Part shown: in pieces, positions 11,732-22,366 of the stretch
Layout: each line of letters opens with the position of its first letter
Position numbering within the stretch: position 1 is the stretch's first letter
Origin: Fimbriosthenelais zetlandica
Lineage: Eukaryota
Reading direction: 5' to 3'
Assembly (NCBI GenBank): GCA_977030845.1
Contig: OZ365115.1
Location: 28,830,001 to 28,894,000 of the forward strand
Length of the DNA stretch: 64,000 bases
Notes under the pieces: model-generated
What the model saw: only the letters and a program-made list of their open reading frames with translations
Database searches by the model: none
Told to the model about the DNA's origin: nothing
Position numbers and translations under genes: made by a program

Positions 11732-11937
11732 TTTCCATGTTTTGTGTGCGCGTTGGAGGCAGGAGAATTAGAGGACCAAGACCACCAGCTACGGGATACG
11801 GAACGGGCTGCCGGTCTCTGACCACGCAAACCCTTTACTAACCCGTTTCTGAAGAAATCGGGCGGCAGTGAATAGGCGCTTTGAAGAAGGGCCACTAGCA
11901 CCACAAGAAGTACACTGAATAGGATACCACGGTGCAT
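11732..11937 (-). CDS. Secreted prepropeptide, coding exon 2 (signal peptide and pro-region)
   Basis: Acceptor ttcatttttattttgcag|ATG at 11938/11937. Reads MHRGILFSVLLVVLVALLQSAYS/LPPDFFRNGLVKGLRGQRPAARSVSRSWWSWSSNSPASNAHTKHG(K), with a hydrophobic core and an A-x-S cleavage site. Donor AA|GTACGT at 11732/11731; length 206 nt (phase 2) matches exon 3. Confidence 0.85.
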
Positions 11938-14717
11938 CTGCAAAATAAAAATGAAAAAAGAATTTAATACAAAATGTATTTGTTTTGTAACGTTGTACAC
12001 TCCTTAACCAGGAGCCTGTTTCATGATCAGCAATGTTAAAATGTATGGGAGATTTGTCCGATTTGGAAACAATCCAAAAAGAATTGAGTGTTTGGATTCA
12101 TATGATCTCATATGCTAATGAATATAAAATGGTTTATTGCTTTATCTCAAGCCTTGAGGGATCATATGGTGCCTGACGGGATATTTCCGATAGCAACTCT
12201 GTTACCGGAAGTTGGGAGCAGTATGAGTGGGACCTCACGTAAGGGAGCAACTCGGCCATTATAGATGTCCCTACGGCATGCCATGGCTTAGCCATGGTGG
12301 TACATGCTCCCTGGAATAACTTCCGGCAGCTTTATACAGGCCGGTGTCCAAGACCTCTTAAGCATTTGTTCCCAGGAGAATGGCCTTGTCATGGCAATGT
12401 CTCCCTCAAACCCAGAAACCATCAACTGTTCCATTCTTGTTTTTTATATGAATATATTTGATATCAGACCTAACATATTACCAAATTCATCAAGAAATCA
12501 ACAAGTTATTACTTAGACATTCCCGGCATATATCAAGAGTAGCCTAAGGCATATAGCCTGACAGGTAGGCTATCTGTTGGTTGTGACAGCAAACCTCTTT
12601 CACAATCCCTGGTGACAGTAACTTCAAATGTATACTTTTTTTAGAATTGCATGTTCTGATAAGACAATCTGATACTCCGTCTAAGTCTGATCTAAAATGT
12701 ATCCAAATTTGTTAAGAAATCAACAAAATTATTCTTGCTTAATTAGACGTTTCTTTAATGCCAAGATCTAGCCTGACTGGTTTTGACAGCAAGGTTGTTG
12801 CACAATCCCTAGTGACAGTACCTGCCACAACACTAATGAACAGATACCTCCCACCGGGGGTTTCGATGTCTCAACGATTGAATCAGAACTCTCAGCCATT
12901 AATTTAGCCTGGCGTGCGAACAGTTCATTGTGAATTCCTACCGAAAAAACAACCTCAAACCAGTTGCATTGCTAGCCACTCTAGATCTCGTACTGTTAGA
13001 AGGAATTATAACGAGGGATAACAGAATTATTATTCATAGCCAGTGACGTCTTGGAGAATAGAAACATTGTTATTCAGAGCACTGAAGCAGGATCAGAGGT
13101 TGTGATTGGCAATTCATGCACATGACGGTCATGGATGCATTTATCTTTTCAAACGTGATCATTTAGTCCTATAGAATTTATCTTGACAATTTAGAGTTAA
13201 TTAAGGAGCTATAGATAATGAATAACATAATATTGCTCGGTTATCATACAAACAAATGATGGATTAAATTCACTCAATATTGAACTCGCTACACTAAGTT
13301 ACTCTCATGGAAATAAAAGTATCAGAATCCTCTTAGCATATTATAATGTATGAGGAAGACTATAAAGATTGATTTCCTACGTTTTAATAAGTTTTCTTCT
13401 CGATCAATATCTTCTACTCTGCTTAAAGTATATGTATAGGCCTACAGTGTACACCCACATGATACATGATACTCCCTTAGATAAAATGTTAGCATTTTTC
13501 TCTAATGGTATCGTCCTTGTAACTTGATACCGATCTATGATATAAAATGAGCTTGCTCATTACAGAATCTTCAACGAAGTGCCACGAAGATATTGACAAA
13601 GATAGGCATATACAAAATAACTTGTTGAAATTGACTTTTAAAAGGAAAATTACATTGTGTTTGATAACAAGAAAAATACTTCACAGAATATGTTTAATGC
13701 TGAACGTTCTATTAAAGTAATTTTCTCTATCTATATAACTCTGTCTTCAGAGCTTTTTATCTAGAAAAAGGCTTGGAAGAAGGGATCTGTTATTCAATAA
13801 AGGAAACTATTCTTCAATTTACCTCGGAATATACATTTTCTCTAATCGATACAAAGGCTTCATTTATTGTATATGTCCACATCAATGTCTGATTACAGGG
13901 ACTGTGAAGAAGGATAATAACCTGAAGATTATAGGGATGGATATTACCGGAATACATATACCATATCTAATCCGTCATAATCTATCCATTTATAAAGTGT
14001 ATTAGTAGCATTGTTTTAGCAGAAACGTGGAAGCGAGATGGCCTAATCCAATACGGACAAGCATTACTTAAGATGGGGGTAATTTAGACTCTTATAGAGG
14101 AATAATTAAGGTCTTATACATGTATGATGGTATGACTAAATATACAGGGATGGATTCATGATGTCGCCCCCACATTTTATTTCATTAATTGTTTTTCCGT
14201 GTTCTAATGGGATCTTATCGCATTCGCGTGATGCATTGGAACGGGAAAGTATAATTATTTAAGCCCCCAACACTTAATTGTTGAAATAAGTTACACACAG
14301 TAAACAAATATACTAATTAAACAATAAGACCAATGAATTTTATTCCAAGGGTCCGATGATGAAGTAATAGTGATAAAACAGGAGTCCTGAAATGGATTCT
14401 AATTGAGATTCGACATTTGAAGCGAATTTTCTGCTCCCCATTGTGCATAAATCCATCTCATAGAAATAATGTGTCTTTTGCAGCTCACACAAACCAATCC
14501 ATCATTATAACCTAATAATCAATCATTTTCACATCCCCTTGGGATACCAAAACGCTTTAAAATTAACCCTAACTTTTTGATTTTTTTCATGATTAAAAAA
14601 GTGTTCATGATTAAAACACCGTCTTTGTGCATGTATACATGTATCTGGTGTCATGCTGATAAGATATCAGATAGGGAAAAAAGTAAAGTTGAGAGAGAAA
14701 AATCAAACGAGACTTAC

Positions 14718-14723
14718 CTCCAT
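14718..14723 (-). CDS. Secreted prepropeptide, coding part of exon 1 (Met-Glu); exon 1 UTR extends to ~14860
   Basis: CAAAATGGAG|GTAAGT: good Kozak context, consensus donor, phase 0 joining in frame to the ATG at the start of exon 2. Confidence 0.65.
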
Positions 14724-14888
14724 TTTGTATGAAAAAGGGAAGCAGGAGGAACTTTGGGAAGTGAGAGAGTTGATGCTAGGGTCCCGTTGGTGGTGGTCTG
14801 TAGAACCTATTCTCTCACAGTTAAGTACACCTGGGTTCCAGTGCTTGTTGGGAGTTACAGAAATGGTCGATCTCTCGTTCCTCCAGAG

Positions 14889-15210
14889 CTTATAAACGCC
14901 GAGACATGCGCGGGAGGAGTTCAGATGGAGGCCTCCCACGGTACCGTACATCTGCATGGGAGGTGCGCGCGCGCAGAGGGGGCGCCCCCAAGCGCGGGCA
15001 CAATGCACGTGACATGTCACGTGTTGGGAGCTAGAGAGTGAGAGCATCTCATTGGCTGACAGTTAATTGCTTTATTAGAGAGACTGGGTGAAATTTATGT
15101 GAGAGGTGACAAGAGGGTATTTAGTTTACTTTTCCGTGTAATCTATTAAACAGGTTCTTCATGATATGCACACTTTCCAAACAGGATGTTATTTCGGTAT
15201 AATGACGTCA
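14889..15210 (-). promoter_or_regulatory. Promoter of the prepropeptide gene
   Basis: TATAAG on the minus strand (14894-14889). GC/CpG-rich patch 14905-15000. Perfect 18-bp palindrome CACGTGACATGTCACGTG (two E-boxes, 15006-15023). CCAAT near 15050. CRE TGACGTCA at 15203-15210. Confidence 0.6.
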
Positions 15211-16780
15211 TGACTCAATATTTTTCGATTGCACAAAAGAAAAACCTGTGGTAGTCTTCTACCTGATGAAGGATGTGACTATTATTTTTCTATATTTGGA
15301 GTGTTTAAAAAGATTAGATTTCAGACCTATCTTCTTCATGTATTTTGAGAATCGCTGGCGGTTTCTGGTTAGAGCAATAACCATAATAAGTAGTTGTACA
15401 ACGACTTATCTTATATTACTAAGTCTTCCATTCAAGGTTTTGACTAATATACAAAAAGGTATAGCAAAATACGAGAACTAAAAAATGTTACAGTTATTTG
15501 CTCTGCCTCATTATATATAGGTCTATATGTCAGAGTCTTTGTTGTCATATTTAGTGTGTTGTGACATTCCCATGTATACCTATCAATTAATCATATCAAT
15601 GATTGATTTTGACAGTGTTTATGACTTAGGAAATATGTTTTCTTCTCCTGAAGAATTTAATCAGATTTGAAGCCACGTAAATTGATTGACTGTGATGGGA
15701 CCACTAATGTCGTATCATGTGTACTGATTCGTTTTGGATTTGATGGACGAAGATCTGCATGAAGCCATCCTCCAATTTTCACAGGTTCTATCAGATTAAT
15801 TATATTAATCTGATAATACAGAGAGCAAGGTCTGAATGTACATATGTGTAACCTGCATCTGTAATGTAGTCACTGATTGTTTCTAACTTCTTTTGACATT
15901 TCCATTACTAAGGATATTAGAAATACGAAACAGGTGCAAACTCCATTACAGAGGAGATGTATAGCAAAATGATATTAGGAATATTTTCTGGTTACTTTAG
16001 GCTACTTGTGCACAAGACTTTCTTTTTTAATTCATAAATATAGTCTCCTCTGTAACCATTCGTAGCCATGTCCGTTTGTCTTATTTTCTTGTGGAAATTA
16101 AATATATTTTCAAATTAATTATTATGCTATAGGCCTATTAAACAGATTTACAAAGAGATGGGGGGAGATATGTACAAAAAAATCCCATGATCAATGAAAT
16201 TCTGCCTATACTAATTCCGAATTCTAAGAGTCTCTGATCTTCCTTCCAAGTGATATTGAAATCTTTCTCCTCGTCTCTTATTTTCCTATCTCTTATTTTC
16301 GTCTAGAATTATTCCTTTCCATTTTATTATTTGGGACTTCCCCTCCATTTCTATTGTATCATTTGCTATGGAACCATGCACTGAACCGCATGACTATAAA
16401 TCTATGATTTACCAGACTTATCTAAGACATGTGTCATTGCAGAACGACTTCATCTTTATTCTCCACTAATCAGCTGAATGTTATTGGGATATATGGAGCA
16501 GTCGGTGGTATGCCAGTCATGTAGGTAATAGCATAAAGAGTAGGTATGACACTGACAGCAGTCAGATTGTCTCCTCCCTGCTCATGTCATCTAGAATTTG
16601 TTACTTCTGACTAATACTCTCTGAGTCGCATACAGATGAGAATCATTCCTATCATTGCAGCAGCTACCCACTGTCTTAAAGAAAGAAAGGACAATAATCC
16701 AGCCCTGGTATGGGCCTTATAATGTCATAGGCCTAATAATTATAGCATCCAATCCATTGGTGTGCGGTGGTTATGATTTT

Positions 16781-17249
16781 GTGCTGTCGCCTAGTGGTTT
16801 ATGGTCGAAGGAAAGTCTTGAAAGTTGCCAAATATTTATTCTAGCCTAAACTTTCGTTACGACTGTCATAAATGGCTTCACTCAAAAAGGTTTTCGCTCA
16901 TATATCTTTAGCCATAGACATAAAGCTTTAGCTGAGCAGAAAAAAAATGTATTTGAACCATTTCCATTATTGCAATAGTGAAGGTGCAACTGGTACTTTA
17001 GGTAAAAAGTACGGTATCATAGTAAATATTGACTCTAGCCTACAACTTAAGCTAGTTATGTAGACCTAATCCCAGGTAGCCTATATCTGTTGTGAGAGGT
17101 GCACCTAGGTCTAGGCCTATAATAGCTTTGACTATAGGGACACCGTCCGGTGTTGCCCCCTGTTGTTTTGAATCAGTTAGGCCTACTTCATGGGTAAAGC
17201 AAAGAGTGTAGGATCCTACACTATTTAGGTAAATCACCAGGTGGCAGCG
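16781..17249. promoter_or_regulatory. Cluster of CTCF-like motifs
   Basis: Reverse CCACTAGGCGACAGCAC (16781-16797, weaker), reverse CAACAGGGGGCAACAC (17150-17165) and forward TCACCAGGTGGCAGCG (17234-17249), compared with the core consensus CCASNAGRKGGCRS. Confidence 0.45.
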
Positions 17250-18058
17250 TTCTTCTAGGCTATAGGCTACCTCTCTCTACTTCTATGTCTACCACTGAGG
17301 CTCAGTCTGAGCCTCCCAGCAAGATTGTGTAGGACTTGCGACTACACCCACGACTAGGACTGATACACCAAAATTGGGTATCGTACCAAAATTATAATAA
17401 TTACCGGCAATAAATCTCCTCATAAAAACCATTTAACCTACATTTACGAGTCTCGGCGTGAGTGAAAAAAGCAAGTGTTGTGAGCGATAATAGGTTATTT
17501 TCCCCACTTTGATTGGTAAGCCCTTTAGACATAGTCGGCATAGAGGACACCTCTATGGTTAGACAGAGTATCCATCTCTACCAAGGTAGGGACAGGGCTG
17601 GTTATCTTGATCATCTTGATTTTGATAGTTATCTTTAGTTAATCGGTAGATTCCATACGGGACAACACACATAAATAAACATAAATATCCCATATAATAA
17701 TTTTAGGTATGATATCTAGCCTATGCAACTAGCCTATAGTAGCCTATACCCAGGGCCTGTAGATTGATTCTTCTGGCAGTTTCAACTAAGGGCTAGGCCT
17801 ATAGTATCCTAGCTCTAGGCTCTGGCAATGCCATCCAATCATAGATAACCCAATGCCATCTTCCATCTTCCCTCTGCACTTTGGCCTTGGCACGGTACCG
17901 TACTCGGTAGTTTTGAACTTTAGTCTGTCACTGTGAGATAAAGATTATATAGGCCTAAAACTATAATAGCCATCCGTTGCTCTAGTTATCTTGTTATTTT
18001 CTCATTTTCCAGCTTATTTCCATGTTTGATTGTGCCTAAAACTGGCTAGAGAATAAGG

Positions 18059-18861
18059 ATGGATCAAGACCTGAGTCACCACACCTGTATATTGGAGGTC
18101 TCGGAGGGCCATGATCGGACTATCAGTGCTAGTGGCATTATCCTCAGCCCTGAAGAAGGTGTCATTCTCTCCCATATTTCCCTCATCACACCCCTACTTT
18201 TACCTGACCAACTGCTGGACCTCAAGCACCAGGAGCACCTTACCTATAACCAGACAAAACACTTCAATATTAAAGTCATAACCGAAAAAAATGACCAAGG
18301 AGACAAACCGGAGCTCAGCACTCGAAACAACTCCAGTTACAGCCCCTCCCAGATAGATAGATCTACTGTCCCATTTAATCAAAAGACACTTGATAAAGAG
18401 TCATCATCAGAACCAAGGTACACTGTGAGAACTGGAGAGATACTACTCACCTGGAAAAGTGAACGATTGTCAAGAACACTGCAAAAATTAATGCCCAAAA
18501 CGGATGGCTGGACATTTGCACATCCTGATAAGTCCAAGGAAAATGAAACTGATTCAGAAATAGAAAAGGTGTTTGATTGTTTGCCTTACTTTCTCGTAAT
18601 TAAGACTGGAGACGCTCTGCCTGTGCCTAAAGATCCATTAGATATTTTATCACCAATGTGTCTGAGGCTAGGGGAGCGTGTAAATGTTGCAGGGACACCG
18701 TTTGGGACTTTATGTCCACCCGTGTTCATTAATTCTCTGAGTCAGGGAGTTATTAGTAATTTCTCAGGTCATCAGAGGGAACTGATGTTGACTGATGCTC
18801 GCGCCATTCCTGGCACAGAAGGAGGGCTTGTCTTCGTGAAAAATCCTGAACATGAGAAAAT
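18059..18861 (+). CDS. TYSND1: Peroxisomal leader peptide-processing protease, coding exon 1 (3' boundary uncertain: 18861 or 18865)
   Basis: MDQDLSHH...SASGIILSPEEGVILSH...LRLGERVNVAGTPFGTLCPPVFINSLSQGVISN...MLTDARAIPGTEGG is the first protease-like domain of TYSND1. Acceptor ttttccag at 18012 precedes a short UTR. The ORF track reads on into the intron. Confidence 0.85.
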
Positions 18862-19122
18862 GTTGGTTGGACTACACGTATTATACTCTATAATGATAAT
18901 TGGAAGAAAATGTCCTCATAAATATATGTTTAATTTGTGTGGTGCCATAATTTGTATCTGGAAAGTACTATCACGTAAAATATCTGAATTACTTTGTGAA
19001 CCATCTGAATTTTTTTAATAATAATTATAATTCATTCATTTCCTTCTCAGTACCTGTGAAATTGGTTAACTTTATTAAATTTCACCATATTAAATGATAA
19101 TATGTATAATATGTGTCCTCAG

Positions 19123-19265
19123 TGCTGCAGTTGGCATGCTGATCGCTCCTCTGTGTTGGAAGTCCTGTGAGTGGGTGGGCCTTTCTCTTGCCTGTTCCCT
19201 ACACGAAGTACTCCGCTCCTTAACAAGCCTGGACTTAGACCACCTACCACCTGAACTTAGATACA
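19123..19265 (+). CDS. TYSND1: TYSND1 coding exon 2
   Basis: AAVGMLIAPLCWKSCEWVGLSLACSLHEVLRSL matches the conserved APLCWK..EWVG motif. Donor A|GTAAGC. Confidence 0.8.
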
Positions 19266-19495
19266 GTAAGCAGTCTTTAAATTCCCTTACTTCACATTAA
19301 TAAATGTCACAAGTCATATAATATCATCTAGTGTTTAAAGAAATAACGGTTCTATTTAATTAACTTTAAATTCAAGTATCGGAATGTACCAGTAAGTTTA
19401 ATATATATTTTTATTAGCACAATTTAGTTTTTATTAATCCCATTTTCCTGTAACCTACTAATTAAAATTATTAATTAATGCATTTCTTATTTCAG

Positions 19496-19693
19496 GTTTG
19501 TTGAGAACTTCCTCCTACTTAACAATAAGTCATCTAACCAGTAGACTGAAGGACGTTCAGGAAAGGTCTGGTCCTCGGTCCAATGACACTGTGCTAGTCC
19601 GCTCTGGCAATAACTGGGGTACAGGCTTCATTATAGAGAGACATATAGGCCTCATACTGACGTGCAGCCATGTCGTGAGGAACAATAATATTG
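19496..19693 (+). CDS. TYSND1: TYSND1 coding exon 3
   Basis: tttcag| acceptor, phase 1. Contains TVLVRSGNNWGTGFII...LILTCSHVV (catalytic His). Donor G|GTAAAT. Confidence 0.9.
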
Positions 19694-19939
19694 GTAAATC
19701 TTTTAAAATGTCTATCTTAAAAAAAATTCTCAATAGAGATTTTGGATGGTTCTGAAGTGCAATACAAAATTAATGTACGGTAATTCACGCACACTGTTTT
19801 TCTCCAATCCCCCACCTCCGCCCACAATATCAAACAAAAAAGGTTAAAAGAAATTAGAAAAAAATAAGGAAAGTACCCCCCCACCCTTCCCTTTCTGGTG
19901 CTACATTTTGAGATTTTCATCCTTTTTTTACCCTTACAG

Positions 19940-20110
19940 TTATTGTAGTTCAGACATATCCAGAGAGACATAGCGTGGACGCTAGGGTGATATATTCCAC
20001 ACCTGCTGGTCAGGTGTTTGATGTGGCCATCCTGAGAGTGATCAACTCTAAATCTTCACTCCTCACCAAGGGGGCAGAGAGAAGACTCCCCTACCTTAAA
20101 CCCTCTGAAG
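19940..20110 (+). CDS. TYSND1: TYSND1 coding exon 4
   Basis: ttacag| acceptor, phase 1. Reads VIVVQTYPERHSVDARVIYSTPAGQVFDVAILRV (catalytic Asp). Donor G|GTCTGT. Confidence 0.85.
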
Positions 20111-20584
20111 GTCTGTACCTTACAAATTGTTATTAAATATTAAGCTTCTTTAGGCTTGTATAATAAGCTTAGGATCAATTAGTTAGGATGAGGTACGGTC
20201 AGGGTTTAATGTTAGGGCTACCATAGTTCTAAAGGCCTACTAAATATTTGAAAATTTAGATCTCACAGCAATCTTTGCTTATGTATGCTTACACCGCAAG
20301 AAATCCCCTCCGTCCGGTGGCGCCCTCGCCACACACATATGTCTATATACGGCGAAAATGGGAACTAACGCTCAATGCTAAGTTAATAGAGCATCGCTAG
20401 GAATTTTTAGCCGACGTTTGTGAATCAAAAGAAAGCTCATAAATGGACTAAAATTGAAATCAGTCGGTAGATTTACCTGGAGAATTTATCGCGTCCAAGA
20501 GAACAGAGCTAAGTTGTTTGTAAACCTGTAAACGGCGAGATAGTGGAAGCAGTGTTGTTATTGTGGGCGATAATAGGCGCTATT

Positions 20585-20666
20585 CAGTGCTGCCATCTTG
20601 TGTGTCGCTAGTGAACTGAGCTCCGCCGCGCCTTTACTTTAGCTTGAAACCACCAGGTGCCAGCAC
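20585..20666. promoter_or_regulatory. Pair of CTCF-like motifs in a GC-richer island within TYSND1 intron 4
   Basis: Reverse CACAAGATGGCAGCACTG (20585-20602) and forward CCACCAGGTGCCAGCAC (20650-20666). Confidence 0.4.
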
Positions 20667-21104
20667 TGTTTCTGGTAGCCACCATCAGCTGAGTGCCCAA
20701 GCCGAACCGGTTAATGCAGGCGTCGCAAGTAGGCCCATATTTATCTAAGAAAGGACCAAAATCATACAGAAATCTGTCGGACGACTGACTAAATGATTAT
20801 CATAGAATTTTCAATTAACCTATCGGTATCTTTTTACCGAGTCTTGTTTAGTACCTAATCTTGACTGTCCTCTCCAAGGGGCCTTAATAGTTTGGATTAT
20901 TATTGAAACAGGTGCCCTTTTAGGGTATTTCACGTCGAAATAAATCATAAATATCATATGTTGGGTGACAGTATACATTATCTAGATGGATAAAGTAATA
21001 CTAGCTTGAAGAATATTTTAAATAAATAATATTTTCGGAATTTATTATAGGCCTATTGGAGTTTATGGATGATTAACGCTAGTACTATCTTTATTTTTCA
21101 TCAG

Positions 21105-21226
21105 GAGAAGTAGTCTATGCTGTTGGACATGCCTGCTTTGAGGAGAAGCACAACCTGCGTGCTTCAGTAACCGGGGGTGTGGTTTCCAAAGTCGTCTATT
21201 CCCGGAAAATACCAGTTATGATTCAG
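21105..21226 (+). CDS. TYSND1: TYSND1 coding exon 5
   Basis: tttttcatcag| acceptor, phase 1. Reads GEVVYAVGHACFEEKHNLRASVTGGVVSKVVYSRKIPVMIQ. Donor CAG|GTTATA, phase 0. Confidence 0.9.
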
Positions 21227-21526
21227 GTTATAATTTATTATTTAATTTCATTCGTGTAATTGCCAGGGTAAACTCATGAAATTTATTTATAATATATCTG
21301 GAAATAATTAATAACCATAGGCTACCTATAGGGCCTACCTGTATTCAATTTATAAATTAGGGAAATAATATTTTGCGGCAGCATTCAGCCAAGTTTGGAG
21401 AAGGAACCTCACCATCACATGTCATGTTCGAAGGCACTTGCCACTTTTTCAGTTTGCAATCTTAATGACATACCGGTAGGCCTATTGATTTATTGTTAAT
21501 ATTATGTGACATTTTACACGTTTTAG

Positions 21527-21615
21527 ACTAGCTGTGCAGTCCATTCTGGCGCTAGTGGTGGACCACTGATGACTGAGGAGGGACATGTAGTTGGCATGCT
21601 CACGTGTAATGCAAA
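21527..21615 (+). CDS. TYSND1: TYSND1 coding exon 6
   Basis: ttttag| acceptor. Reads TSCAVHSGASGGPLMTEEGHVVGMLTCNA (catalytic Ser, G-A-S-G-G). Donor AA|GTGAGT. Confidence 0.92.
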
Positions 21616-21972
21616 GTGAGTTAAGGTTTTAGTGGTGTTATGAAATAATTACGGCTACTGAATTTCATCTTTTCCGGCTCTATCACAAACCCATTGAAGT
21701 GAAGACCAATTATTTGTATCTACCCCTTCGGTACCGGTATTGTAACTGCTTAACCCTTAGAAATTATTCAAGATTCTTTTGACGGTATTGTAGCCTAACT
21801 TAACCCGTAGTATAGGCCTACTCATTTTAAGGGTATTTTCATTAATTAGAAATTATACAAGAGCCAGTCGCTGATGAAGGCAAGAATTCTTAATAATTCT
21901 AGAATATTAATAATTATTATTGCACGTTTTAACCAGCTATTGTGGTTACATGTAGTAATTTACACATTTCAG

Positions 21973-22136
21973 AGACACTGTGTCTGGAGCTTCATTTCCC
22001 CACATTAGTATGAGTGTACCTATGGTTACCATTTGGCCAATTATTCAACAATATATAAAGACGCAGGACAAACGAGTTCTAGAAAAACTTCATGTAAAAG
22101 ATAGGCCAACTAAAGCTTTATGGGACTTACAAGAAA
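21973..22136 (+). CDS. TYSND1: TYSND1 coding exon 7
   Basis: tttcag| acceptor, phase 2. Reads DTVSGASFPHISMSVPMVTIWPIIQQY...LWDLQE. Donor A|GTGAGT. Confidence 0.88.
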
Positions 22137-22337
22137 GTGAGTTACACCTTTATGAAATTTGAAAATATATCTGGAAATCTTGTTACTTCTAAACATTTCT
22201 GATTATTTTTTTTATTATTATCGGTACCGTAGGCCTACCAGCTATTCAATTTCATATTTATAAATTAGGCCTACGGTATGTCCTCTATAAAAGTGCAATC
22301 TAATTCTAACAGGCCCTTTCTTTTTGTTTCTCTTCAG

Positions 22338-22366
22338 GTGTGTCGTCCATAAAAAGTCGATTGTAG
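22338..22366 (+). CDS. TYSND1: TYSND1 coding exon 8 (29 nt) carrying the PTS1
   Basis: Strong acceptor ttttgtttctcttcag|, phase 1. Reads (S)VSSIKSRL*; terminal SRL is a canonical PTS1. The assembled protein is ~572 aa. AATAAA at 22518-22523. Confidence 0.88.

Noticed and set aside
17430-18012. 5'UTR exon of TYSND1 ending GGC|GTGAGT at 17457
   Set aside because: Plausible, but a competing donor exists at ~17228 and no clear core promoter distinguishes them; not listed as a feature.
18866-19018. C-terminal ~50 aa of ORF 18059..19018 as TYSND1 coding sequence
   Set aside because: Similarity stops after GTEGGLVF...KML and resumes at 19123; the tail is AT-rich intron read-through.
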